DNA from: Octopus sinensis | Lineage: Eukaryota | Direction of reading: 5' to 3' | DNA: 64,000 nt | NCBI RefSeq assembly: GCF_006345805.1 | Contig: NC_043015.1 | Location: forward strand, 52,948,001-53,012,000 | Part shown: piece by piece, positions 39,707-53,659 of the stretch | How the letters are laid out: the number at the start of each line of letters is the position of its first letter | How positions within the stretch are numbered: the stretch's first letter is position 1 | Notes under the pieces: generated by a model | Seen by the model: only the letters and a program-made list of their open reading frames with translations | The model's database searches: none | What the model was told of the DNA's origin: nothing | Program-made: the position numbers and the translations under genes

Positions 39707-40380
39707 TAGTAATAATGTTAATAATAATAAAATATAATAATTAATAATAATTAATAATAATATAATAATAATATATAATAATGTTCATAATAATAATAAT
39801 ACTAATAAAAATTGCTCATAATAATAATCATAATAATGCTAAATGCTTCTGAGGCAATATTAACAAGAGTTGGAGGTGTTAGGGAGGTAGATCATCGGCT
39901 TCTGATCTAAAAGATGGGGTTACAGTACATTTGTGCTGTAATGATCTTGGTACAAGTGACGCAAAACAGCAGTATTGATTGTCCAGTTGGGTGGTGCACC
40001 GGAGCTGATATGTGCATCTCTGATCACGAGCAGAAGTAGTGGGGGAGCATCATACCATATCAGTGTTGAGAGGGGATTCTTGGGGTTTGAATAATTCACC
40101 TCTGGAGACATGGTGGTTTTTCAACATCCTTAAACAACCCTTATTCAGGGACCGTTTGAGCGGGATGGGCTACTCAACCTGAAGAAAATTCTAACTGGGC
40201 CCCACCTGCAAAGTCGTGCCATGTGCAGTTTATTTGATATGAGGATCACCATGCCGCGCACATATGGTTGTGATGCATGTGCCTGGTGTGCCCTTATCAG
40301 ACGGGTAGTCATGAGGGGTATATGGGCTTCGTATATTTTACCCCAGTGTCACTTTGATGGCATGCTCTGCTCGCTCACTC

Positions 40381-40429
<49 letters not shown>

Positions 40430-40620
40430 TATAAGGTAGTAGGGTGTGGTAAGAGAAGTTTGCTTTCGCAATTGTATGGTTCCGGTTTCAGTCCCACTGC
40501 GTCACACCTTGGGCAAATGTCTTATACTATAGCCTTGGGCTGACACAAAAACCTTCAGTGGATTTGTTGAATGAAACGAAAGAAGCCCGTCGTGATACTA
40601 TGATATATATATGATATATA

Positions 40621-40651
<31 letters not shown>

Positions 40652-40700
40652 ATAATATATATATAATATATAATATATCTAAATATGTGTGTGGTGTGTG
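39400..40700 (+). repeat. Second copy of a ~1.27-kb tandem duplication of 38140-39400, probably an assembly artefact
   Basis: Same order (exon, AAT, 557-bp element, SINE head). Differences are mostly 1-nt homopolymer indels plus a garbled stretch at 39850-39990. Confidence 0.8.
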
Positions 40701-40891
40701 GGTGTGTGTGTATGTGTAAAAGAGAGAGAGAGAGAGAGAAAGCGAAGCGAAAGAGATAGATAGACTAAGTATCAGGCTTAAAAGGAAAGTAGTGGGGCCG
40801 ATTCATTCAGCAAAAAATGCTTTGAGCGTTGCCCTAGCATGACCGCAGTCTAGTAACTGAAAGGAGTAAAAGATAATAATAATAATAATAA

Positions 40892-41095
40892 TCCTTTCAA
40901 CTAAAGGCACAAGGCCTGAAATCTTGGGGTAGGGGACTAGTCAATTACATCGATCCCAGTGTTTCACTGGTACTTAATTTACCGACTCCGAAAGGATGAA
41001 AGGCCAAGTCGACCTCGGTGGAATTTGAACTCAGAACGTAAAGATGGATGAAATATTGCTAAATATTTTGCACGGCGCGCTAACGCTTCTGCCAT
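40892..41095 (-). mobile_element. Family A SINE
   Basis: ggcacaaggcctgaaat...ccgaaaggatgaaaggc...ggaatttgaactcagaacg. Confidence 0.8.
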
Positions 41096-42418
41096 CGCAA
41101 TATATACGTATGCTTACGTAAATATAAGCACACACACACGCGCGCGCACACACCTGTATATATTTATGTGTTTCTGACATTGGCACTCATCCATACACTC
41201 TCATCTTTATTTTTATGCGGTGTATATAAAAATATATAGTTGGTACGACCTTAGTATCTGAATGGTACATTATTTTATCCACCACCACCACCACCACCAC
41301 CACCACTCTCCTCCTCCTCCTCCTCCTCCTACTCTTCCACGTCCTCCTCCTATCACTACTAGTTCTACTTTTCTTTGTAAATGATGAAAGGCAAATTCGA
41401 TTCCGGCAGGAATTGTACCACACAACTTGGCGGAACGAAAGTAAATATTGCAAGGCGTTTTGCCCGTCTCTTTACCAATTCTAGTGCACTGCTGCACCAT
41501 TTTTTCTTTTCGCAGAAACACACGTTAAAAAAAATCCAAAAAAAGAAGCAAAATAAATAAAAAAATTAATGAAAGGGAAAGAAAGTATAAAGTAATGAAA
41601 AGGAAAAAAAGAAAAGAAAGATGTATAAAAAAATATACATAAAGATTTTTTTTGGCAGAATCTCAATGAAGTGACATTAACACTAACGACTTGGACTAAT
41701 TTACATTAATTAAATGACTTTTATTCAACATTATAGCCATAATGTGTGAAACAACAAATAAATCCTATGATATTTATTAAAATACAAGGATTTCAAAACG
41801 AGCAGACGATCACGTTTTTTTCTTGTCTTTCTTCGGAGAGTTTGTCCAGAGGAAGGAGAAAAAAAAATGGAAAGAAAAAAAAAGGACAAAGAATTTGTCT
41901 GCAAGGTTTTTTTTTAGAAATTTTCTATTTATTCATTTATTTATTCATTTTACCTTTTACTCGTTTCAAACCATTGGACTTCGGCCATGCTGGGGTACCG
42001 CTTTGGAGGTTCTTTAGTCGAACAAATCTTTTCTTTTTTCCATCGCTTTCTTTTGTCGAACCGCTAGGATTACTGGGACGTAAACAAAGCAACGGGGTAG
42101 ACGGTGGGGATAATATGCAACATCAGGCAAACAGTGGATTGATTTAATGGACTTATCCTACCCCCGCCAAAAAAATGATAGATGAATAAAAAATAAAAAT
42201 GACCAGGTCTTGTGTCTAAGATAAGAGCAACTGTTAAAAGTAACCCTTAACCGACAACGCCAAGATTTGAACCCGGAATAAATATTGCGAGGTATTTTGA
42301 CTGACATACACCGATTCAAATAGTCACTACTGCAAAATAATATTGATTTATAGAGCCAACGAGAGCGGAATCCATTTAATCATGGTGAATGAAACCCTTG
42401 ACTTATCTCACACAAAAC

Positions 42419-42712
42419 AGTCACGGTGACTTTCTGTGCCATCGCTGAATTTTTAACTTCTTGGTCTTTTGGAGAAGTGTGGTGCCTTTCCATGGACCAT
42501 GGAGCATTCCTTTCGGAATCATAAAGATGCGTTTACGATTCGTCCCGTGTCACTAGATCGGAAATAACAGTCTTTAATGGTTTCAAAAGCTTCCAGCAGA
42601 TCAGTACAGACATTTACACTTCTTCAACTCGGGTATTGACTGTTGAGTTACTCACATTGAAAACATTTTCAGAAAAACCAACATTTTCTCCAGGCCTAGG
42701 TGCACCTATCTA
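42419..42712 (-). mobile_element. mariner remnant, same family as 37272-37775
   Basis: Shares ttcttgg(c/t)ctttggagaag, tcataaagat, ccgtgtcac(c/t)agatcggaaataac and tcaaaagcttccag with that copy. Confidence 0.75.
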
Positions 42713-42846
42713 TGTCACTGATTCTTACAAATATATTTCAACGGTTTTAGAAAAGTCTCTCAACTGGTTGAGTATCTCTGAAAAAAAAAATCTCTGAATA
42801 TCTCTAAACAATTTTGTAAGACACGAATATTATCAACGGAACTAAC

Positions 42847-43035
42847 GGGTAGGAGACCCGGAGGTAGACCAAGAACAAAAAGATTGGATAAATAACCATA
42901 ACTTCAGTTGGTCACGCTTGAGAATGTAGCTGGAAGGTGTAATGACCTTTGCTTTTGATAGGACCCAATGGAGGAGCAGCTTGAGGACTCTACCCACCGA
43001 ACATCCAAAGAACAGTGGATGGAGAAGAGGGTAGA
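42847..43035 (+). mobile_element. RTE-clade LINE C-terminal fragment
   Basis: GRRPGGRPRTKRLD...DRTQWRSSLR matches the RTE G.R.RGRP..RW.D...DR..WR pattern. Confidence 0.6.
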
Positions 43036-43074
43036 CAAATAGGATAGGAAAAACAAAATGGAAATAGATTTTAT

Positions 43075-43290
43075 TTACTCTTTTACTCTTTTACTTGTTT
43101 CAGTCATTTGACTGTGGCCATGCTGGAGCACCGCCTTTAGTCGAGTAAATCGACCACAGGACTTATTCTTTGTAAGCTTAGTAGTTATTCTATCGGTCTC
43201 TTTTGCCGAACCGCTAAGTTACGGGGACGTAAACACACCAGCATCGGTTGTTAAGCGATGCTGGTGGCAAAAATACAGACACACAAACAT
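43075..43290 (-). mobile_element. Family B SINE 3' half
   Basis: (TACTCTT)n tail followed by cttgtttcagtcatttgactgtggccatgctggagcaccgcc. Confidence 0.85.
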
Positions 43291-43361
<71 letters not shown>

Positions 43362-43443
43362 AATCAGATCGCCATGTTGATTCGTTAGCTACTGCACGCA
43401 TTTTTTTTCTCTCCTTCTTTCTGTGTTTTTCTCTCTCTGTGTA

Positions 43444-43481
43444 TCTTTCTGTTGAAGAGCGTAGGCTCGAAACGTTAAAGA
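43444..43481 (+). ncRNA. Minimal type I hammerhead-like motif with A6-to-U core (repeat family H2)
   Basis: Stem I tcttt/aaaga, core CTGTTGA, an extra A, stem II gagc-gtag-gctc, and GAAACGTT. Copies lie at 37997-38034 and 47806-47841. Confidence 0.55.
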
Positions 43482-43578
43482 CTTGTTTTATTTATATTTC
43501 CTGAGCGCCATACTAATACAATTGTTCGTTTGTTTTCCACCTGCCTTCGTCTTTTGTTTATTTTCATAAAGCTTCCCG

Positions 43579-43614
<36 letters not shown>

Positions 43615-43615
<1 letters not shown>

Positions 43616-43900
43616 CTAGCAGTATCGCCCGGCGTTGCTCGGCTTTGTTTCAACCCTTTAGAATTGGAATTTTTGAAAAGTAAAACTTTTGCATTATGTA
43701 GCTTGTTATTCTCTTTAAGTGAATATTTTTCTAGTTGAAATACACCGAAAAATGGCGACACAGCAGCCAAAAAATCGTAAAAAATATGGATTTTCATAGA
43801 AAAAAAAGCATCTTTTTGATGTAAATAATTTTTGGTCCGATTTGAATTTTTTTTCTACGAAAAGAAGAGCAAGCCTTCTTCTATCATACTTTCAATTTTG
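43615..43900 (-). mobile_element. Helitron-like 3' end
   Basis: The minus strand reads ccgagcaacgccgggcgatactgCTAG|T, a GC-rich hairpin upstream of CTAG-T. The terminus matches the one at 54143. Confidence 0.7.
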
Positions 43901-44261
43901 GTAAACTTGCGCCGCCACCAACACCAACAACAACATATTGATCTCCACCACTGGGGCAAACGCAACACACTCTTTGGGGAAGCGGGTGAGTAGACAAAAC
44001 AAAAACAGTTATAACAAAATATTTCAAATATTTCTGTCTTAAAGCATCCTTAATATTTACAAAATTGCTGCAAATTTGAAATAGATAATAGCTTTTTGTA
44101 AACCTTAAACCATTTTAGAAACCATAATGACGATTTTATTAATAATCACAAATGTGGGTTAATTAGAAAGATTTCAGATACAATAAAACTTCAAAATTGA
44201 AAATAAAAAAAACGAACAACAATTTCTCTTTAGTCACGGAATCATAATATCTTCGACAATG

Positions 44262-44634
44262 ACGGTGAGCTGGCATAATCGTTAGCATGTCAGACAAAAT
44301 GCTTATCAATATTTCCTACGGCTCTTTCTGTTCCAGGTTCGAATTTTGCCGAGTCAACTTTGCCCTTCATTCGTTCGGGGATACTAAAATAGAGTACCAG
44401 CCAAGTGCTGGGGTCAATGTAATCTACTAAACCCCGTTCCCCCAAAACTGTTGGCCTTGTGTCAACCGTTTCCTTAAAATTGTCGGTCTTGTCTCAACCA
44501 TTTCCCCAAAATTATCGGCCTTGTCTCAACTGTCACCCTTAAATTGTTGGCCTTGTGTTAACCATTCCCCTAAGAAGGTCCGCCCTGTGTTAACCGTTCC
44601 TATAAAATTGTCAGCCTTGTGTCAAAATATGGAA
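44262..44634 (+). mobile_element. Old family A SINE with its 3' tail amplified into a ~32-bp minisatellite
   Basis: Head gacggtgagctggcataatcgttagc. About six units of ccccaaaa..gtt/tcggccttgtgt(c/t)aacc lie at 44439-44634. Confidence 0.75.
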
Positions 44635-45215
44635 CCATTAAAAGCAGCTGGCAGAATCGTTGGACAAAATGCTTTTCAGGATTTCTTTTCGCACTTTACA
44701 TTCAGAATTCAACTCCCACCAATCAACTTTGCATTCACCCAAGTGCTGTGATCGATGTGAATTACTAGTTTGAAACCTCTAAGGATTAATCTCAAAGATC
44801 GCCCCTCAAAATTACTGGTTTGGACTCTGCAAGGACCAACCTCAAGGATCGCCCCTCAAAATTACTGGTTTGAATCCGCCAAGGACCAACCTCCTGTTCA
44901 GGGAAATGTTGTTACCTTCTTCACTGAAATCAGGTAACTAGTCTCATGAGTCTGAGGGCCAGAGGATTAAATGTTTCCGCCACGGTGCCTTTCACCGGTA
45001 TAAACAGCGAACATCATTGTAATTTTACACAATTTGATATTCTAAATTTTTTTAGTCGAACAAATCTACCCTAAGTCTTATATTTCAATTGGTCTCTTTT
45101 GCTAGAAGTGCTAAGTTACAAGAACGTAAACAAAATAATACCGGTAGTCAAGCGGTGTGTGTGTGTGTGCGTGTGTCTAACAAACTGAGACACAAAGACA
45201 CGCTCATATACATAC

Positions 45216-45312
<97 letters not shown>

Positions 45313-45434
45313 GTATGTTTCCATACAGTTTCGGTCGATTAAATTCACCCACGAGACATTGGTCGGCTCGGGGCTGAACCCAAAACCTTACGGTCACATA
45401 GCGAACTTCTTAATCACATAGCCATGACAGTGCC

Positions 45435-45472
<38 letters not shown>

Positions 45473-45897
45473 CGTGTGTGTTATATGTACACACACACAC
45501 ATGTATACGCAGTCTTTCCTACTTACCTCAGAGATTCTATCGATAAATAAGCGACAAATAAATACAAAAATAAAATCGCATGAATCCAGAATGACAGAGG
45601 TTAGTCACCAAACTAATCATAGACCCATTAACTGGGGTACGGTGACGGTGGTGGAGTGGGGGGGGGAGGGAGGGTGATGATGGTGGTGAAGAGGTACGGT
45701 GGGGGAAGGATGCGGTGTACAGGAAATCGACTTCTCTAACCCCCCCACCCACCCACCGGCACCACCACTACAAACACACAAACACACAAACATACACACA
45801 CGCACTCTCTTTCTTTCTCTCTCATTCTTTCTCTGTATTTCTCCCAGGAATACACGTTCGCACGCGCACATCACACACACACACACACACGCACGCA

Positions 45898-45928
<31 letters not shown>

Positions 45929-45964
45929 GCACACACGCACGCACGCACGCACACACACACACAC

Positions 45965-46001
<37 letters not shown>

Positions 46002-46290
46002 ACACACACAGACAGAGTCTCTGCATTTCTCTCATTCACACGCGCTGAGAGATCCACACACACACAAAGTCTCTCACATTCTCTCTCCCTCTCTCTCTCT
46101 CTCCTTCCCTGTCTGTCTGTCTCTCTCTCTCTCTATTACAATATTCTCTCATTAATGCACATTCACATACACACACACTCTCTCTCTCTCTCTCTCTCTC
46201 TCCCTCATACATGCACACAATCTGTATTTCTGCCACTCATACGCACATTAAGACATTCACACAAACACACGCAATCTCTCTCTCTGTCTC

Positions 46291-46327
<37 letters not shown>

Positions 46328-46854
46328 GCATGCACGCAATTTGTACATCTCTCGCTCACACACACAGTATGACACGCACACATTCACACGCAATCTCTCT
46401 CTCTCTCTCTCTCTCTCTCAAAACAGTGACCAACATTCTAACACAGAGAAAAACATGTAAACACACACACACGTATAGAGATATGCGTGACCATATTTAC
46501 GCGCTCACTCAAACACACACAAACTCACACATACAGTTATATATTATAACCACATAGACGCACAATGTACACATACACACACACACACACACACGCAGCA
46601 TATTCATACTTAAATAAACACGCACAGGCATTTACACACTTGTATCGGGCGCACGCAGAAACACACACACACACACACACACAAAGAACAGATAATACAC
46701 ACAAACACACACACAGCTCTGACGCATGAACACATGAGCGTTACGCACGACCATACATACAAACGTTCACACACACACACACACCTACGCAGACATAACT
46801 TTCCCCCCACACACACATACAGTCATACTACCGCACGTACACGCTTGGAGCTGC

Positions 46855-46902
<48 letters not shown>

Positions 46903-47635
46903 GAGACATCACTTTGATCTGGAACTAAATTATCCAAACACACAAGCATTTATATATGCACACGCGATACGCGCACATACATACATACATGCATACGCAT
47001 ACATACATACATATATATATACATACATAGATACATGCATACATACATACATGCATACATACATACGCATACATACATACATGCATACATACATACATAC
47101 GCATACATACATAATACGCATACATACATACATACATGCATGCATACATACATACATTACATACATACGCATACATACATACATATATACATGCATACAT
47201 ACATACATACATACGCATACATACATACATGCATACATACATACATACGCATACATACATACATACATACATACATACATACATACATACATACATACAT
47301 ACATACATACATGCATACATACATATTTATTCAGATGCATTAAAACATGCACGTGAATACATACGTTCTTATATAAATATATACGTACATACATACACAC
47401 ATAGATACAGAAATACATATATAGATATATACATACAAGCATACATACGTACATACAGATAGGTGTGTATACTCACACACATGCATACATACTAATACTG
47501 ATGCATTCAAAGAGGCAAATGCATACATACTTTCTTATATAAATATATTCATACATGCATATAAACATATATCAGCATGTATGTATGTATGTATGTATGT
47601 ATGTATGTATGTATGTATGTATGTATGTATGTATG

Positions 47636-47678
<43 letters not shown>

Positions 47679-47805
47679 TATCATATATACAATAATATAT
47701 ATATGCATGCACTTATCTACCAGCCTAGCTATCGACATGCATTCAAATACACATATATCTACACACATATACCATACATGCATATGAATACATATTTCTG
47801 TGTTC

Positions 47806-47841
47806 CTTTCTGTCGAAGAGCGTAGGCTCGAAACGTAAAAG
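47806..47841 (+). ncRNA. Hammerhead-like motif, family H2
   Basis: cttt-CTGTCGA-a-gagc gtag gctc-GAAACGTA-aaag. Confidence 0.5.
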
Positions 47842-47915
47842 AGCGTTAGACTAATACATCTGTTTGTTTTTTACACAACCGTCTTCGTTTTTTGTAATTT
47901 TTTTTTTATTTCTCA

Positions 47916-47977
<62 letters not shown>

Positions 47978-48150
47978 GCATGCATACATACATACACAGA
48001 TACATACGTACGGGGGAGAGAAGGCAACTCCTTAATTCATACACTACAAATAATCCTGATATCTGGGACAATAAAAATCTGCAAGATATTCTTAAGATTT
48101 AAAGGATGATGAACAAAACAGGATGCTTTCCCGCATCCTATATACATACA

Positions 48151-48212
<62 letters not shown>

Positions 48213-49055
48213 TGCTGGAGTGGCTGTGTGGTAAGTAGCTTGTTTACCAACCACGCGGTTCCAGGGTAAGTAACAACGTAACTTTAGCGGTTCGTCAAAA
48301 GAGGCCGATAGAATGAGTACTAAGCTTACAAAGTATAAGTTCCGGGGTCGATTTGTTCGACTAAAAGGTGGTGCTCCAGCATGGTCGCAGTGAAATGAAT
48401 GAAACAAATAAAAGAATAACATATCTTTGTAAAATCACCTATATTTAAAAAGTATATTTTCGTCACCATGGGTAATATAAAAAAATATGGCATACATAAA
48501 TAATCATGATTCGTCTTTTTTACCAAACTGCTAGCCTACGGGGATGCAAACACGCCAACACCGGTTGTCAAGCAGTGGTGAGGAGGAAGAAAAGCACAGA
48601 CACAAAGTTACACAAACACATACACACACGCGCACACACACACACACGATAGGCTTTGCAACCACGCGGTTTCGGGTCCAGATCAAATTTCCTACAGGTT
48701 ACATCTGGAGTTCCGTTGGTTACGACGACCAGGGTTCCAGCTGATCCGATCAACGGAACTGCCTGCACGTGAAATTAACATGAACGTGGCTGAGCACTCC
48801 ACAGACATACTCTTGTATGTAGTTCTCAGGGAGATTCAGTGGGACACAGAGTGTGACAAGGCTGGAGCTTTGAAAAAGAAGTTCTACACATTTTTGCTAT
48901 CTGAGTGAACTTGAGCAAAGTGAAAAAAAAAGGTCTTGCTCAAAGACACAGCGCACCGCCAGGAATCGAACTCACGACTTTACGATCATGAGTGTTTAAA
49001 AAAAAGATAATGAAATCAATACTAATTTTCAAAAGAAATATATCTATTACATTAT

Positions 49056-49482
49056 CCCTTTAGCATTTAAGCTAGCGACCCAGATAAGGCGGCTTGCTGG
49101 TAGAAACGTTAGCACGCCGGGCGAAATTCTTAGCGGCATTTCGTCTGCCGTTACGTTCTGAGTTCAAATTCCGCCGAGGTTGAACTTTGCCTTTCATCCT
49201 TTCGGGGCCGATAAATTAAGTACCAGTTACGTACTGGAGTCGATCTAATCGACTGCCACCCACTCTCGAAAAATTTCGGGCCTTGTGCTTAGAGTAGAAA
49301 AGAATATCAGACCCAGATATTGTTGCTGGTTTATGTTCAAACCATCCAGATCCAGCCTCTCACACCTACCCTTCAATGTCATTCTAAGAATAAACAATCA
49401 CATCATCGAAAACTCAAAGCAATTCCAAACAATGGGAATAAATAAGAATTACACTTGACAGAGAAATCTGAAAGCCACAGGG
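49056..49482. mobile_element. piggyBac-like MITE with a nested family A SINE
   Basis: Ends ttat|ccctttagcattt and ttgacagagaaatctgaaagccacaggg|TTAA, the same as 17114-18354. Confidence 0.6.
49087..49309 (+). mobile_element. Family A SINE with 10-bp TSD
   Basis: gacccagata occurs at 49077-49086 and 49310-49319. Confidence 0.88.
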
Positions 49483-51171
49483 TTAAACTAGACATCACCA
49501 TCCCAAATATCCAACATGTTTTATGTTCAAATTGGCCACATTCGGACTATCACATCATTAGAATCTTGAGGCTATGGTATAATGCATGATTAATTCCAGA
49601 TAATTTGAATAAATAATCATTACATTTGAGAGAAAAACCTGAATACTAAACGCTTAAAAGTAAATGAAATAAATTTCTCATTTGTATAACTTAATTATTC
49701 TGTCACCTCCTCGATCCCCTCTTAGTCCGTCTGCTACCAAGCCCACTATGTGCTCGCATTCTTTTATTCTTTTCTTTTATTTGTTGACCGGTACAAACAC
49801 CAACTCACTCGTACCGACATTTATATACATTCACACACACGCACACATAGATACATACACACACATATATAGATACACACACATATATATTCACACACAC
49901 ACACACGCACGTAGATACATACACATACACACATAGATACATCACACACATACACATGTATAGATACACACGCACATACAGACACGACGGATTTCTACAT
50001 AGTTTCTGTCTATCAAATTCATTTACGAGGCATTGGTTGACCCATGGCTATAATAAAAGCAAGATACCGCGCAGTGGATCTGAACCCGAAACCGCGTGGT
50101 TGCAAAGCCTATCGTGTGTGTGTGTGTGTGTGTGTGTGCGTGTGTGTGTGTGCGCGCATGTGTGTGTGTGCGCGTGCGCATGTGTGTGTGTGTGTATGTG
50201 TAACTTTGTGTCAGTGCTTGTCTTCCTCCTCGCCACTGCTTGACAACCGGTGTTGGCGTGTTTGCATCCCCGTAAGCTAGCAGTTTGGCAAAAAAAAAAG
50301 ACGATTAGAATAAATTACAGGCTTTAGAAAATAAGTCGTGGGGTCGATACATCAGTTTAAAAAAATGAATAAATAAATGGAAAATTCTTCAAGGATGTGC
50401 CCCAGCAAGGCTGCAATCCAATGACTGAATCAAATAAAACAGAAAGAATGTTGAATAAAACAAACAAACAAACAAAAAACGGTGTGATTATGTGGGGAGG
50501 GATTCGACTGCTGTTTCTAGCACAGTGAGAGAACACGCACAGACCCCCGTCGCCGTTGGTTCGAGTGAAAGTACGATGCAGCATGTAGTGGAATGTTGTG
50601 TCACAGACGAGAATCCTTTGAAGAACGTTTCAAAAGCAGAAATTCTAATTCTGTGTCTTATTCATATTGCTTCCATTTATTTAATCATTAGTCTTCCTTT
50701 CTTCCAAATGCCATTCATCTATCAAACCATCCATCCATCCATCCCTCTTCTTCTTCTTCTTCTTCTTCTTCTTCTTCTTCTTCTTCTTCCTCCTCCTCTT
50801 CCACCTCCTCCAGATCCTCCCTAAGCTCATCATCATCATCATCCACCTCCCCCCACCCCCTGAAAAAAACCAAGGCCAGGTATTTGTTTTTTGTTTTTCT
50901 TTTCCCTTTTTTCTGATTTTTGCTCTCTTATTGCTGATGACATCAGCGTTGTTGTGGATACTTTCGTCGCCATCCATTTCCTAATCCACATAACGGCGGC
51001 CATTTTATTATTACTGTTACCATTATTATTACTATCATTATTACCATTACCATTATTATTATTATTATTATTATTATATTATTATTATATTATTATCATT
51101 ATTATTATTATTATCATTATTATTATTATTACCATTATTATTATTATTACCATTATTATTATTATTATTAC

Positions 51172-51205
<34 letters not shown>

Positions 51206-51315
51206 GTTGTTGTTGTTGTTGTTATCGTTGATGATGATGATGATGGTCCATTTTCTGCACACTTTCGTACATTCGCTTCTTTTCTTGTTTTCATTTCCCT
51301 TCAAAACTTGTGCCG

Positions 51316-51358
<43 letters not shown>

Positions 51359-52092
51359 AAGCTTCACAAGCACCACCACCACCACCACCACCCCATCATC
51401 ATCATCATCATCAACGCCGTCGTTATCCACCCCACTCACCCGTCCCTCCTCACCCACCCACATTATTTTCATCATCATTAGAGAAAAACATGAGGTCTGA
51501 GAGCTTGAGTCAGTCGATGTTGTGTTTGGCCTCTAACGTTGCTGTGATCTCATTATCGTATGACAGCGGGGGGGGGCGTAGTGAAGCAATCAACAACAAC
51601 AACAGCAGCTACAATAACAGCAACAACAACAACGGTTATAACAAGAAAGTGAAAGAGTCATCGGAGGCAGATTTAGCCACACCACCACCACCACCACCAC
51701 CATTACAGCAACAACACTGTCAATGCCAGCGCTATAACCAACATTATCACCATCACCACGAACAATAACAATAATACTGCCATCACCCCCCCTCTTTCAC
51801 GAACAACCAACAGCAACACTACCAATACAAACACAAACAACATCACGGCTACCATCACCACCACAAACATTACCAAATTACCGTCACGAAACAGTGACCA
51901 GCCCCGGGGATATAGTAAAAATACTTGGACTAGCTGCCGTGAAGTGGGACTGAACTCAAAACAATTTGGTTGGAAAGCAAACTTATTAACCATACCCACA
52001 ACTCTCCATCCATCCATCCATTTCTCTTTATCTCTCTCTCTCTCTCTATAAGAAAAAGAGAACTATCTTATTCCATGTAGATAGAATATATA

Positions 52093-52504
52093 TACTCTTT
52101 TACTCTTTTACTTGTTTCAGTAATTTGACTGCGGCCATGCTGGAGCACCGCCTTTAGTCGAGCAAATCGACCCGGGACTTATTCTTTGTAAGCCCAGTAC
52201 TTATTCTATCGGTCTCTTTTGCCGAACCGCAAAGTGACGGGGACGTAAACACACCAGCATCGGTTGTCAATCAATGCTAGGGGGACAAACACAGACACAC
52301 AAACATATACACACACACTTATATATATATACATATATACGACAGGCTCCTTTCAGTTTCCGTCTACCAAATCCACTCACAAGGCATTGGTCGGCCCGGG
52401 GCTATAGCAGAAGACACTTGCCCAAGATGCCACGCAGTGGGACTGAACCCGGAACCATGTGGTTGGTTAGCAAGCTACTTACCACACTGCCACTCCTGCG
52501 CCTA
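52093..52504 (-). mobile_element. Full-length young family B SINE
   Basis: Complete from head to tail and nearly identical to 54364-54770. Confidence 0.9.
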
Positions 52505-52991
52505 TATATATATATATATAATATTAAAAAAGTTGAAAATAAATTGGGAGTCTTTTGTGAAACCGGTTAAGACTTTAAAAGCCAACCATCTAAAAGACTC
52601 CCAGTGCATTTTCAATTTCTTTATATATATATAGGCATGCATGCATGCACACATTCCAAAAGATGTCATTAAAATATATCTCAGTTACATAACTGCACTT
52701 CTCTGATGAAAAAAATAGATTTAGAATCCGTGAAAAACAGCACAATAACAATACCCACAACAGAAAAATATGACATAAGCAACTAAATAAGTAATTATAA
52801 AATAAATTTAAAAAAAAGCAAAAAACAGCTAGAAATCAGGAAAACATCTATTTCTAAAATAACACAAAAATTCAAAATAAACAAGAGCAAAGAGAGACCG
52901 CAATACTCCGCCAACGTTCTCTCAACAATTCGCCAGAGATGATTTTTAAATGAGAATATCTATATATATAAAAAGACAGGATGTGTGTATT

Positions 52992-53051
<60 letters not shown>

Positions 53052-53302
53052 TGAATGTAATTTATGCACGTCCACAAATTAGCAAGCATGTCGTATTTTC
53101 GTCAACTTATTTTCCCCAGAGGCACCAGCAAATAGCAGTAAAAATATATTTTGAACCAAAACTTTTCACAATTTTCAAGTCGGAGAAATCACCATTGTTT
53201 GCAAACAGGAGTTAAGTCCCCTTCTAGCGACAAGTAAGTTTTTGTTAAGACTTTTGTTGTTCTCTTCCATCGAGGAAAAAAGTGTTTTGTTGATATACGG
53301 TC

Positions 53303-53339
<37 letters not shown>

Positions 53340-53659
53340 ACACATGAACATGTATGTGTATAAAAACATGTATGCAATAGGTGTACGTACGTTCGTGCGC
53401 GTATGTGTGTGCGTTGCCCATATATATATACTTAAGACTTAGTTGTGATCTAAACATAACTGCTTCTGACAGAGGATCGGGAGCCCTTTTGAGCATTCTA
53501 ATTTCCTTGCTGTAAGGGTTCCCAACCCATGGGCATAGTGGTGTTTTCAAAGGGCTGGCATGTGCAGCCTGATCACCTCTGCCGATCAAACTCCCAACCC
53601 ATGTGCTCCCGTCGCGACACTGATTCTGCAGAACTGGGTTGGGTATGAAAACCAACTTT

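Noticed and set aside
44770-44892. Short direct repeats (gatcgcccctcaaaattactggttt twice, aaggaccaacct twice) as a CRISPR-like array
   Set aside because: There are only two copies, no unique spacers and no cas genes, in a eukaryotic context. This is a small local duplication.
44902-44933. 32-nt AG/GT-bounded segment GNVVTFFTEI, resembling sequence after DEAD-box motif VI
   Set aside because: It is too short to distinguish from chance, and the intervening helicase motifs are not found.
50520-50660. Frame PVAVGSSESTMQHVVECCVTDENPLK, resembling a DEAD-box interdomain linker
   Set aside because: The similarity is vague and there is no convincing donor site.
53180-53233. 54-nt segment with a perfect gtaagt donor (GEITIVCKQELSPLLAT)
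   Set aside because: There is no recognisable homology, the stronger upstream acceptor gives stops in all frames, and such sites are expected by chance.
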